Shown here: one piece after another, positions 18,426-27,728 of the stretch
Numbering within the stretch: position 1 is the first letter of the stretch
Layout: the number at the start of each line of letters is the position of its first letter
NCBI GenBank assembly: GCA_963555995.3
Contig: OY821641.1
Location: forward strand, 1,856,001-1,920,000
Source of the DNA: Vicinamibacteria bacterium
GTDB lineage: Bacteria; Acidobacteriota; Vicinamibacteria; Marinacidobacterales; Marinacidobacteraceae
Direction of reading: 5' to 3'
DNA: 64,000 bases
Translations under genes and position numbers: made by a program
Notes under the pieces: generated by a model
What the model was told of the DNA's origin: nothing
The model's input: only the letters and a program-made list of their open reading frames with translations
Database searches by the model: none

Positions 18426-20573
18426 TTACCGGGGATCGCCGAGCCCGGCGAGGCGGTCCCGGACGCCCTGCTGTCCCGGATTGAGCTCCAGCGAGCGCTC
18501 GAACATCTCCCGCGCCCGTTCGCCGTCGCCGACCTGCTCGTGGCAGTCCCCCAGCGCGTTCAGGAGCGACGGGTCCGCCGCGCGCAGGGTGAGGGCATGC
18601 GTGAGTCGCGGCAGCGCCTCGTCGCACTCCCCCCGAATGTAGTAGGCGAAGCCCACTCCCTCGGTCACCTCGATCTCGTTCGGGTAGTCCGCCTCGATCG
18701 GGAGCAGCAGATCGAGCGCCTCGTTCGCTTCCCCGGTGAAGAGCAGGGCGCTCGCGAGCTTCCACTTCGCCATCGGCAGGTCCGGATTCGCCGTGGCCTC
18801 CCGGAAGGCGACGGTGGCTTCCGGAATCCGCCCGTGGGCCATGAACTGGTCGCCGAGCGCCAGCGCGAGCAACCCCGGGAAATGGGTCGCGAAGGACCGG
18901 CGGACGATGAATCCGGGCCGATCCACGGCCGCCCGCGGCGAGACCAGCAGCGGAGCGTCGCGGGAGGCGATCACCTCGCCGGCGCCGTCCAGCAGGTCCG
19001 CCGTCACCCGATACCTTCCGGCGCCGAGTTCCGCCAGCGGGAACTCCTCGATGGCGGGCGCATCCGCGCTCCCCGCGGCCACGGTCCGCTCCACGAGCGG
19101 ACTGGCCGAAACGAGCTCCTCCTCGCCGAGGCCGGCATCCGGAACGATGCGAAACCGGGTCCGATGCTCGCCACCCGCATTCACCGGCTGGGCGGCGACG
19201 CTCAGCAGGTCGCGGGAGGCGAAGATTCCCGCGACGGCCGGCTCCATCACGGTCGAGCCGAACTGAAAGGTCCCGAAGCGCAGGCCCGACAACTCGGACT
19301 CCCGCTCCGTCCGGTACGCGAGGACGAGATCGGCCAGACCCACCGAGCCGGCCCCGGTCGCCGGAACCCGCACCTCGGAACTCGCCACCGTGTACTGCTG
19401 CGTGGCCCGGTTCCGCACGATGACGCTCACCTCGTATTCCCCGGGAATCACCGGCAGGTTGTCCCGGTAGGCAAAGGGACTGCCGCCGGCGCTCCGCTGC
19501 TGGCTTTCGGTGAGGCGGATCTGGGGCTGGTTCCGGTGCATGGCCACGAGCTGGCCGTCCATCGTCCGCAGTTCCAGGTCCACGTCCAGGGTCGTCTGGT
19601 ACACGTTCTCGCGATCATCGAATTCCAGCGCGAAATCCTCGGGAGCGAGCTTGACGCTGTAGTGGATGAACGGGGTGTTCCGGGGCCCCAGGAGCACCCG
19701 GAAGTCCGCCTCGCTCTTCACGAACCGGAACGAGTACTCGGCGGTCACCCGGTCGCCGTACCGGAGATAGCCCTCGATCTCCTCGAGATCCACGATCTTG
19801 TGGGGAGACTCGGTGATGTCGATGAGATTCTTGTCCACGCTCATCGAAGGCCGCACGGTGTCGAGCCGGGGGGAGATCGTGTTGGTGGCCGAGAGGAAGT
19901 CGGCGTGCGGGTCCGTGAGGTCCACTACCAGGGTGGCGCGCGCCAGGTCCATGGAGACCATTTCGAGGATGTCCACGGCGGCGTGCTGGCGGTTGCGGAG
20001 CAGCTCTCCCCGCCGGACCAGCGCGTCGGGTCCGTCGGACCACGGGTGATAGAGCTCGTACTCGCCGATGTCCTCCCTCTTGAAGAACAGGAGGTTGAAA
20101 CGGGGAGGCAATCCGACCGAGGTGTCCCCCTGGTAGATCCAGAGGTCGGCGCTTACGATCTCGTTCCGTCCGTCGAACTGCTCCCGGGTGCGGGGTTCGC
20201 CGAGGATGATCCAGAAGCGACCCCGGTCCGTCTGCCACCCCGGCCGGGGAGCGTCCCGCCCGAGATACCGGTTGGCGTAGTCGAGCCGCTCGTAGTGCTC
20301 GGTCCGGAACTCGTTCTCCTTCGTGGCCGGCACGGGGTCCCGCCGCAGCCAGAACGCCTCGATGAAGTGCTCGCGCTCCTCGAAGCCCTCCACCCCCAGG
20401 AACACCTCCCGCTCGGCCTCGGTGATGATGTACACGACCTCTTCCTCGAGCCACACCCGGTGCTCCTCCGGCAGGCGGTCCACCCGCTCATCCGCTCCGG
20501 CCAGAGCCGCAACCGACACCGCGACCGCGGCGAGCGGCAACTTGAACAACAACAGGCGAGCGAAGGAAGTCAT
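18426..20573 (-). CDS. GWxTD domain protein with C-terminal TPRs
   Basis: WLEEEVVYII, FW..RDP, PGWQTDRGR..I..G.P. Confidence 0.9.
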   Translation of the reverse strand: MTSFARLLLFKLPLAAVAVSVAALAGADERVDRLPEEHRVWLEEEVVYIITEAEREVFLGVEGFEEREHFIEAFWLRRDPVPATKENEFRTEHYERLDYANRYLGRDAPRPGWQTDRGRFWIILGEPRTREQFDGRNEIVSADLWIYQGDTSVGLPPRFNLLFFKREDIGEYELYHPWSDGPDALVRRGELLRNRQHAAVDILEMVSMDLARATLVVDLTDPHADFLSATNTISPRLDTVRPSMSVDKNLIDITESPHKIVDLEEIEGYLRYGDRVTAEYSFRFVKSEADFRVLLGPRNTPFIHYSVKLAPEDFALEFDDRENVYQTTLDVDLELRTMDGQLVAMHRNQPQIRLTESQQRSAGGSPFAYRDNLPVIPGEYEVSVIVRNRATQQYTVASSEVRVPATGAGSVGLADLVLAYRTERESELSGLRFGTFQFGSTVMEPAVAGIFASRDLLSVAAQPVNAGGEHRTRFRIVPDAGLGEEELVSASPLVERTVAAGSADAPAIEEFPLAELGAGRYRVTADLLDGAGEVIASRDAPLLVSPRAAVDRPGFIVRRSFATHFPGLLALALGDQFMAHGRIPEATVAFREATANPDLPMAKWKLASALLFTGEANEALDLLLPIEADYPNEIEVTEGVGFAYYIRGECDEALPRLTHALTLRAADPSLLNALGDCHEQVGDGERAREMFERSLELNPGQQGVRDRLAGLGDPR

Positions 20574-20719
20574 TGGCAGCGGCGAGGGTTTCGGTCGCGC
20601 CCGGCCACCCCGGCGCCCCTCACGAGTGAGCCTACCGCGCCGTCCGCCAGCGCCGCAACGGAACCGCTGGCCACCCCGTCCGTGAGCCGCACTAGAATCG
20701 CCGCCGGAGGACGCACCCG

Positions 20720-21235
20720 ATGACCCATTTCCCCAGGCACCGACTGGTTCCGGTACTCGCCGCCGCCCTGGCGGTCGCCACGATCGCGCTCGCGCACAAC
20801 CCGCGCGGCAAGGCCGAGGCGAGCTTCAACGGCAAGGCGGTGAGCGTGGAGTACGGCCGGCCGAGCCTGAACGGCCGGGACATGCTCGCGCAGGCGACGC
20901 CCGGCATGGTGTGGCGGCTCGGTTCCGAGAACGCCACCACCATCACCACCGAGGGCGACCTGATGATCGGCAGCAACATGGCGGCTGCCGGCGCCTACAG
21001 CCTGTTCGCGCAGAAGACCGACGACGGCTGGGACCTGCTGGTGAACAGCGAGACCGGACAGTCCGGCCTCGCGCACGATCCCGAAAAGGACCTCTTCAGC
21101 GCTCCGCTGAAGGTCGAGAAGGCGGACGACTCCGCCGAGATGTTCACGATCACCCTCATGGCGGACGGGATGAACGGCACCCTGAAGATGCAGTGGGGGA
21201 GCACCGCGCTCGTCACCGACCTGATGGTCCACTGA
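20720..21235 (+). CDS. DUF2911 family secreted protein
   Basis: VEYGRPS..GR, WRLGSENAT, GAYSLF motifs; signal peptide; RBS GGAGG. Confidence 0.8.
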   Translation: MTHFPRHRLVPVLAAALAVATIALAHNPRGKAEASFNGKAVSVEYGRPSLNGRDMLAQATPGMVWRLGSENATTITTEGDLMIGSNMAAAGAYSLFAQKTDDGWDLLVNSETGQSGLAHDPEKDLFSAPLKVEKADDSAEMFTITLMADGMNGTLKMQWGSTALVTDLMVH

Positions 21236-21410
21236 CGAGGGCCGTACCCCGACGGCCGGAACCCCCGCAGGGGTTGCGGCGTATCTCACCCACCGGATAC
21301 GCTCCCCCGTTGAGCCAATTGATGACAGGAAAGGTACTGGCGAACGCGCCGGCCGTCACTCCGCAGTCGCTCGCGAGACCCGAGCACCCACACGATCAGG
21401 GAGAACCCCG

Positions 21411-22598
21411 ATGAAGACCACGCGTCGCAGTTTCCTCAGTCTGGCGCCCGCCGCCGGCAGCGCCGCATCCCTCCATGCGATCAGCGCCCGGGGCCGGGAG
21501 GCCTGGGAGGCCGAGAACGGCTTCCGGGGCGGGCCGGTCTTCGTCCCTCCCCCCGAGGACGACGAGATCCGGATCAGCAGCAACGAGAACCCACTGGGAC
21601 CGGGGCCGGCCGCGGTGGCGGCGCTCCGGGACGCCTACGGATCCATCATGCGCTATCCGATGAACGCACGGGTCAGCGGGACCGACCTCCGCAGCAAGCT
21701 CGGGGAGATGCACGGGGGCAAGGCCGGGAACGTGGTGCTCTCGGCCGGGTCCGGGGAGATCCTGCGGACCGCGGTCCGCGTCTATACCGGCCCCGACCGG
21801 CCGCTGGTCACCGCGGAATGCTCCTACGAGAGCCCGGTACGGGCCGCCCGCTACTTCGGCGCCTCCGTCAAGGCCCTCCCCCTGACCGGCGGCCTCGGAC
21901 TCGACCTCGACAAGATGGCGGGAGCGGCGATCGGCGCCGGGCTCGTCTTCCTCTGCAACCCCAACAACCCGACCGGCACCGTCCATTCCCTCGCCGACGT
22001 GACGGACTTCGTGAACTTCGTCAAGAAGGAGTCGCCCTACACCGCCATCCTGCTCGACGAGGCCTACTACGACTACGCCTCGCATCCGGGCTTCGACACC
22101 GGCGCCGGACTCGCGATGGAGCACCGCGACGTGTTCGTGGCGCGGACCTTCTCGAAGGCCTTCGGGATGGCCGGCCTCCGGATCGGCTACGGCTTCGGGC
22201 AGGCGGACACCATCGCAAAGCTCGCGCCGCTGCAGCTCACCTTCGGCACCTCCGTCCTCTCCATCGCCGCGGCGATGGGATCGCTCGAGGATCCGGACTA
22301 CATCAAGAAGGAAATTCAGCGGAACGAAGCCGCCCGCAAGCTCACCCACGACTTCTTCTCGGGCCATGGCCTCGATCCGGTCCCCAGCAACACGAACTTC
22401 ATCTTCGTGAACATCGGCCGGCCGGCGAAGGAGTTCCGCGAGGCCTGCGCCGAGCGGGGCATCATGGTGGGGCGGGACTTCCCTCCCTACGAGAACACCC
22501 ACGCCCGCATCTCGATCGGCACCCTCGAGGAAATGCAGCGCGCCACCGCGGTCTTCGCGGAAGTGCTCGGCCTCGCCACCGCGGATCAACAACAGTAG
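21411..22598 (+). CDS. HisC-like class I/II PLP aminotransferase with Tat signal
   Basis: SSNENPLGP, CNPNNPTG, DEAY, RTFSKAFGMAGLRIGY; TTRRSFL. Confidence 0.9.
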   Translation: MKTTRRSFLSLAPAAGSAASLHAISARGREAWEAENGFRGGPVFVPPPEDDEIRISSNENPLGPGPAAVAALRDAYGSIMRYPMNARVSGTDLRSKLGEMHGGKAGNVVLSAGSGEILRTAVRVYTGPDRPLVTAECSYESPVRAARYFGASVKALPLTGGLGLDLDKMAGAAIGAGLVFLCNPNNPTGTVHSLADVTDFVNFVKKESPYTAILLDEAYYDYASHPGFDTGAGLAMEHRDVFVARTFSKAFGMAGLRIGYGFGQADTIAKLAPLQLTFGTSVLSIAAAMGSLEDPDYIKKEIQRNEAARKLTHDFFSGHGLDPVPSNTNFIFVNIGRPAKEFREACAERGIMVGRDFPPYENTHARISIGTLEEMQRATAVFAEVLGLATADQQQ

Positions 22599-22655
22599 TT
22601 TCAGCCCATCAGCGAAGAATCCGAGATCCCCCCGCTACGAGGAGGTAGCCACCCC

Positions 22656-23831
22656 ATGCTCTCCCGCCGCAGTTTCCTGAGTCATGCCTCCGCCGGCGCC
22701 GCCGGCCTCTACGCCGCCACCTTCGTGCGCTCGCGTCTGCGCGAGCAGTACGCCTTCGCCGCCGAAATGGGGATTGCCCCCGAAGAGGCGATCAACCTGG
22801 CCAACAACGAGAACTCGCTCGGCCCCGGCGATTTCGTGATGGACGCTCTCGACTCGGTGATCGGTCCCGAAGGCGTGATCGCCGGCCGGTATCCGTTCCG
22901 TTTCACCGGCCCGCTGCGGGAGGCGATCGCCGAGAAGTCGGGCGTCAAGCCGGAGAACGTCCTCGTCGGCGCCGGCTCCACGCAGATCCTGGTGGACTGC
23001 ACGCACCAGTACGCGAGCCGGGAGAAGGCGCTCGTCGGGTCCCTCCCGACCTACGAGGAGTGCTTCGGCTATGCGGCGCTCATGGGCTACCGGACCAAGG
23101 CGGTGCCGCTGACCGCCGACTTCAAGATGGATCTCGACCAGACGCTCCACGCCTGCAAGGGAAGCGGGATGCTCTTCTACTGCAACCCGAACAACCCGGT
23201 GGCGACGCTCGTGGACCCGGCGCAGGGCAAGGACTTCCTGATGCGGGCGCTCGACGTGGAGAAGAACCTCCGCATCCTGGTGGACGAGGCCTACATTGAC
23301 TACGTGACCACGCCGGGCCACGAGACCATGATCCCGACCGCCATCGAGAACCCGCGGCTCATCGTGGCGCGCACCTTCTCGAAGGCCTACGGAATGGCCG
23401 GGCTCCGGGTCGGTTACGCGATCGCCCACGAGGACACCATCGCGGAACTCGACGAGTTCCACCTGGGCAACTCGGTGAGCACCCCGGCGCTGGTCGCCGC
23501 CAACGCCGCCCTCGAGCGCGACAAGGCGGACCCCGACTACCTCCCGAACGAGAAGAAGCGGAACGCCGAGGCGCGGGACTTCATCATCAAGTTCTTCGCC
23601 GACCGCGGCCTGAGCGCCACCGACGCCCAGACGAACTTCATCTTCGTGGACGTGGGGATGCCAATCGAGCAGTTCCAGGCGGCCTGCGCCGCCGAAGGCG
23701 TCCGCGTCGGCCGGCCGTTCCCCCCGCTGTGGACCCGCTGCCGCATCTCCATCGGCACGATGGACGAGATGCAGCGCGGCGCCGCCAAGATGGCCACGGT
23801 CCTCGACGCCGCCCAGAAGCTGGCCGCGTAA
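22656..23831 (+). CDS. Second HisC-like PLP aminotransferase with Tat signal
   Basis: NNENSLGP, CNPNNP, DEAY, RTFSKAYGMAGLRVGY; LSRRSFL. Confidence 0.9.
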   Translation: MLSRRSFLSHASAGAAGLYAATFVRSRLREQYAFAAEMGIAPEEAINLANNENSLGPGDFVMDALDSVIGPEGVIAGRYPFRFTGPLREAIAEKSGVKPENVLVGAGSTQILVDCTHQYASREKALVGSLPTYEECFGYAALMGYRTKAVPLTADFKMDLDQTLHACKGSGMLFYCNPNNPVATLVDPAQGKDFLMRALDVEKNLRILVDEAYIDYVTTPGHETMIPTAIENPRLIVARTFSKAYGMAGLRVGYAIAHEDTIAELDEFHLGNSVSTPALVAANAALERDKADPDYLPNEKKRNAEARDFIIKFFADRGLSATDAQTNFIFVDVGMPIEQFQAACAAEGVRVGRPFPPLWTRCRISIGTMDEMQRGAAKMATVLDAAQKLAA

Positions 23832-23832
23832 C

Positions 23833-24082
23833 GGCTTGGAACGCCGGTCTCCAGACCGGCACCAGCGGCGCTCCGCGCCGCGCACGGCCTGACGCCACCG
23901 GCGCCGGGCGGCTTCCCCGGCTTGGAACGCCGGCTTCAGCCGGCACCGCGGGCCGAAGGCCCGCGGATGTCCTCTCCCCGTCGCGGTGATGTGACGCGAG
24001 CCAGGCATCACCGGGCAGGTCACCTTGGTGCCGCCCGCTGCGCTCCGCGCAGCGGTGCCGGCTGAAGCCGGCGCTCCAAGCC
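23833..24082. repeat. REP + REPIN-like element
   Basis: Units at about 23833, 23919 and 24055 (rev). Confidence 0.85.
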
Positions 24083-24214
24083 GGCGGCGTCCTCACAGCT
24101 ACTGACGGCGCGCCGGAGGCGCACACGACTTACTCTGACGACGCGCCACAACGAAACGCCAACTCTTGCCTGGCATGGTAGATTCCTCCGTCAAATCCTC
24201 CAAGGAGGAATCAC

Positions 24215-24469
24215 ATGCCGCTGAACATCAAGGACTCCGAAACTCACACCCTGGCGAAGCAGCTAGCCGGGGTTACCGGAGAAACCCTGACCCAGGCTGT
24301 CCGCCAGGCGATTCACGAGCGCCTCGCTCGCGCCCGGACGGTTCACGATGCGACTTCGCTCGCGGGCGAACTGGACCGCATCGCACTCCACTGCGCGCGC
24401 CTGCCGCGACGTGACACCCGCAGCGCCGACGACATCATCGGATACGACGAGCGAGGCATCCCTCTGTGA
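24215..24469 (+). CDS. vapB: VapB antitoxin (Rv0623-like)
   Basis: MPLNIKD.ET..LA..LA..TGETLT.AV...IIGYDERG; overlaps vapC. Confidence 0.9.
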   Translation: MPLNIKDSETHTLAKQLAGVTGETLTQAVRQAIHERLARARTVHDATSLAGELDRIALHCARLPRRDTRSADDIIGYDERGIPL

Positions 24470-24867
24470 TCGTGCTCGACTCATCGGCGCTGGTCGCCAT
24501 CCTGAGTGACGAGCCCGAGCGGCGCGCTCTCAACGAACGGATCGCGGAGGCCGCCGAGGTCCGTATCAGTGCGGCGAATCTCCTCGAGGCGCGGATCGTC
24601 CTGTTCGCCCGCTACGGCGAGGACGCCGTCCGGGATCTGGACGCTTTTCTGCTCCGCAGCGGGACGACCGTCGTGGAGGTATCCCCCCGAAACGCCGACG
24701 TGGCATTTGATGCCTACCGGCGGTACGGTCGAGGTACCGGCCACCCGGCGAGACTCAACTACGGCGACTGCTTCGCGTACGCATTGGCGAAGCAGTCCGG
24801 CGCCCCGCTTCTGTTCAAGGGCGACGATTTTTCGCAAACCGACATTCCGGCCGCAGCTTCCTCCTGA
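24466..24867 (+). CDS. vapC: VapC PIN-domain toxin
   Basis: MIVLDSSALVAIL..EP, HPARLNYGDCFAYALA, LLFKGDDF. Confidence 0.95.
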   Translation: MIVLDSSALVAILSDEPERRALNERIAEAAEVRISAANLLEARIVLFARYGEDAVRDLDAFLLRSGTTVVEVSPRNADVAFDAYRRYGRGTGHPARLNYGDCFAYALAKQSGAPLLFKGDDFSQTDIPAAASS

Positions 24868-25014
24868 AAGACACCCGACAGTGGAGCCCTCCGTCGGTCG
24901 GCGCCTCGTGTTGAGGGTCACGGCGCCCAAGGCAGCCGGTGGCCGCTTGCCATCCCGGACTCGAAACCCGCATCGTTAGCCCGGTCGCGCGCTTCGCGGC
25001 CCAGGAGGCAGACC

Positions 25015-26484
25015 ATGATCCGTCGAACCATCGCAATCGTCATCCCGCTGCTGCTCGCGGCCACCTTCGCGACCGCCCAGCCCGGCGTCCACTCCTCGAG
25101 CAGCGGAGGCGAGGTCATGCGTCTCCTCCGGCGGGACAAGCTCGACCTGATCCTGCCCGGCGCCATGCGCGACAACGGCGTGGACATGTGGGTCCACGTC
25201 ACCCGTCACGGCGACCCCGACCCGATGGCCTACTGGTTCGGGAACACCTACGGCTACCTCGTCTTCACCGACCTCGGCGACCGGATCGAACGGGCGGCCT
25301 TCGGGAGCGCCGGAGCGGTGGAGGACATTGATGTCCGGGGTTCCGACGACTTCGCCCGCACCATCTCCAGCTACGGCCGCGGCTACCAGATGGCGTTCCA
25401 CTACGGCGACGAGGTGTACGACGAGTTCACCGAATTCGTCGCCGAGCGGGACCCGCAGACGATCGCCGTGAATACCTCCGAATGGCTGGCCGAGGCCGAC
25501 GGGCTGTCCCACACCTCGTACCTGAAGCTGGTGAAGATCCTGGGCCCCACCTACGCCGACCGCATCGTCTCCGCCGAAAACGTCATCAACGACTTCCTGG
25601 TGCGGCGGACGGTCCGCGAAGTGGCCGAGCAGATCAACAACCTCGAGGCCGCCCGCCAGCTCACCCAGGAGGCCCTCGCCCGGATCGAGCCGGGCCGCAC
25701 CACGATCCGGGAGATCACCACCTGGGCCCGGGAGTGGGCCTACGACCGCCACCTGGCCGGATTCAGCACCGGAGGACGGGGCGGCATCCGCCTCTACTAC
25801 ACCGCGGTGTCCGAGGATCCGCCCTACCCGCCGGACGCCCGCTACTGGATCTGGCACGAGGACTACGTCTTCCAGCGCGGCGACTTCTTCGCCTTCAACG
25901 TCGGGGTCAACTACATGGGCTTCGGCACCGACACGAAGACCCACGCCTACATCCTGCGCGAGGGCGAGACCGCGCCTCCGGAGAGCATCCAGAAGCTCTT
26001 CGATCTCGCGATCGCCGGCCAGTGGATCATGCGGCCCCACATGCGGGTGGGCATGACGGCCAAGGAGTCGCTCGACGCCATGGTCGCGGCCATGGAGGAG
26101 GCGGGCTACATCTATACCCCGTTCGTCAACTCCGGCATCCAGGGGGTCGGCCGGACCCCCGACGGCGAAAGGAACCTCGACTACGTGATCATCCAGGAAG
26201 GGCTCGGCGACGGCGACCAGCCCGGTTTCGCCATTGACCACCACGCCTACGGCACGGTGGGCACCGGAACCGTCGGCCCCTCGGTGACGAATTTCCGCGC
26301 CGACCGGCACCACCTGGTGATCCAGGAGAACCACCTCTTCGCGTATGAGTACATGGTGCACATGAACATCCCCGAACGGCCCGGGTTTCCCCTGGCGATC
26401 AACATCTCGAACCCGCACGTCGTGACCAGCAAGGGCATCGAGTGGCTCCAGCCGCCGAACGAGAAGATCTTCCTCATCAACTGA
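25015..26484 (+). CDS. Secreted M24 (Xaa-Pro aminopeptidase-like) family protein
   Basis: Signal peptide; LPGAMR...DMW; DPQTIAVN; DGLSH; GFGTDTK..AYILREGE. Confidence 0.7.
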   Translation: MIRRTIAIVIPLLLAATFATAQPGVHSSSSGGEVMRLLRRDKLDLILPGAMRDNGVDMWVHVTRHGDPDPMAYWFGNTYGYLVFTDLGDRIERAAFGSAGAVEDIDVRGSDDFARTISSYGRGYQMAFHYGDEVYDEFTEFVAERDPQTIAVNTSEWLAEADGLSHTSYLKLVKILGPTYADRIVSAENVINDFLVRRTVREVAEQINNLEAARQLTQEALARIEPGRTTIREITTWAREWAYDRHLAGFSTGGRGGIRLYYTAVSEDPPYPPDARYWIWHEDYVFQRGDFFAFNVGVNYMGFGTDTKTHAYILREGETAPPESIQKLFDLAIAGQWIMRPHMRVGMTAKESLDAMVAAMEEAGYIYTPFVNSGIQGVGRTPDGERNLDYVIIQEGLGDGDQPGFAIDHHAYGTVGTGTVGPSVTNFRADRHHLVIQENHLFAYEYMVHMNIPERPGFPLAINISNPHVVTSKGIEWLQPPNEKIFLIN

Positions 26485-26560
26485 CCGGTCTAGCGTCGGC
26501 TGGCGCCGCCAGATGCGCGCGTCCTCCCGCGCACCCGGCCGGTCATCAAAACGGCAAAAG

Positions 26561-26725
26561 GGCTTGGAACGCCGGCTTCAGCCGGCACCCGCTGCGCGGA
26601 GCGCAGCGGACGGCACGACGCTGGTGCGCCCGACGGCGTTCGGCTCTCCGTCCATCACCGCGCACCGCGGTACGACGTCCGCGAGCCTTCGGCTCGCTGT
26701 GCCGGCTGAAGCCGGCGTTCCAAGC
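26561..26725. repeat. REPIN-like element (about 165 bp)
   Basis: Inverted REP pair; internal part nearly identical to the reverse complement of 33803-33968. Confidence 0.9.
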
Positions 26726-26754
26726 CGTCTCCGCCATTTTCGTGACGCGCGGGG

Positions 26755-27708
26755 TCATCCGAACGCTTCGAGTAGCCGCCGCCAGTTCTCGCGTTCGCGC
26801 TCGGGGCTGAACAGCGGGGCGCGCGCCGCGCCGTGCCGCGTGAGGTGCTCGAGGAAACCCGGCTCACGCTCCGCGCGCCGCAGGAGGCCCCGGAGTTCCC
26901 CGGTGTCTTCGGGCCGGAAATAGCCCGGGTGGTCCGGACCGAGTAGCCCGACGTTTCCGGGGATCCGGGACGCGGTGACCGGGAGCCCGGCGGCCACCGC
27001 CTCCGACACCACGTTGGCTCCCCCCTCCGTCAGCGACGAGATCACCATGAGGTGCGCCCGTTCGTAGAGCCGCCGCACGCGCCAGGCCGGGACTTCGCCC
27101 AGCCACCGGTAGCGCGGGTTGCGCGCCATTTCACGGCGCGCGGCTTCCGCCCATTCGGGGTCCCGCGCTCCCCCGGCGTGGAGGACCCGCAGGCGCGAGT
27201 CCGCCGGCATCCCCCGCGCCGCCCAGGCCGTTCGCAGCGGGTCCTTCTCCCGGCGGAGGTGCCCCACGACGCACACGTCGAAGGTCCGTTTCGAGGGACG
27301 GCGCTCCACGCTCCCGCCTGAGACCGACTGGTGCACCACGCGCACCCGGGCGCGGAATTCCGGCGGCAGCGCCTCCCCGACCAGGTCGTGCAGCCCGACG
27401 AGCACGTCGGCGCATTCGAGCGACGGACGGGTGGTCTCCGGCTCCGTCTGCAGGAACCCGTAGATGTCCGTCCCGGTCAGCGCCACGATCAGCGGGCGGG
27501 TGGGAAAACGCGCCCGGAAGCGGCCGATCGAAGCGGCGCTCCGCCAGGCGTGGAGGGCGATCATCGCGTCCGCGGATACCCCGTCCCAGGCCGTCCGGAC
27601 AGCCACCCGGTGGCCGAGCGACCGCAGCAGCGCCGCCCAGCGCCTCGCGGTGATCCGGTTCCCGAAGCGGGACCGCGCGCCCGCGGGGGTTACTAGAATG
27701 ATTCGCAC
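26755..27708 (-). CDS. senB: Selenosugar synthase SenB-like glycosyltransferase
   Basis: VTP...GNRITARRWA, MIALHA.RSA, LTGTDIY, VGHLR.EKDP, S..EGGANV.SEA, adjacent to an egtB-like gene. Confidence 0.85.
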   Translation of the reverse strand: MRIILVTPAGARSRFGNRITARRWAALLRSLGHRVAVRTAWDGVSADAMIALHAWRSAASIGRFRARFPTRPLIVALTGTDIYGFLQTEPETTRPSLECADVLVGLHDLVGEALPPEFRARVRVVHQSVSGGSVERRPSKRTFDVCVVGHLRREKDPLRTAWAARGMPADSRLRVLHAGGARDPEWAEAARREMARNPRYRWLGEVPAWRVRRLYERAHLMVISSLTEGGANVVSEAVAAGLPVTASRIPGNVGLLGPDHPGYFRPEDTGELRGLLRRAEREPGFLEHLTRHGAARAPLFSPERERENWRRLLEAFG

Positions 27709-27728
27709 GGGCGGACCCTGCCTCCAGC

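Noticed and set aside
21240-21405. Possible riboswitch upstream of the aminotransferases
   Set aside because: Only a simple hairpin (AACCCC-CGCA-GGGGTT) is evident, with no aptamer consensus I recognise. An Rfam scan would settle it.
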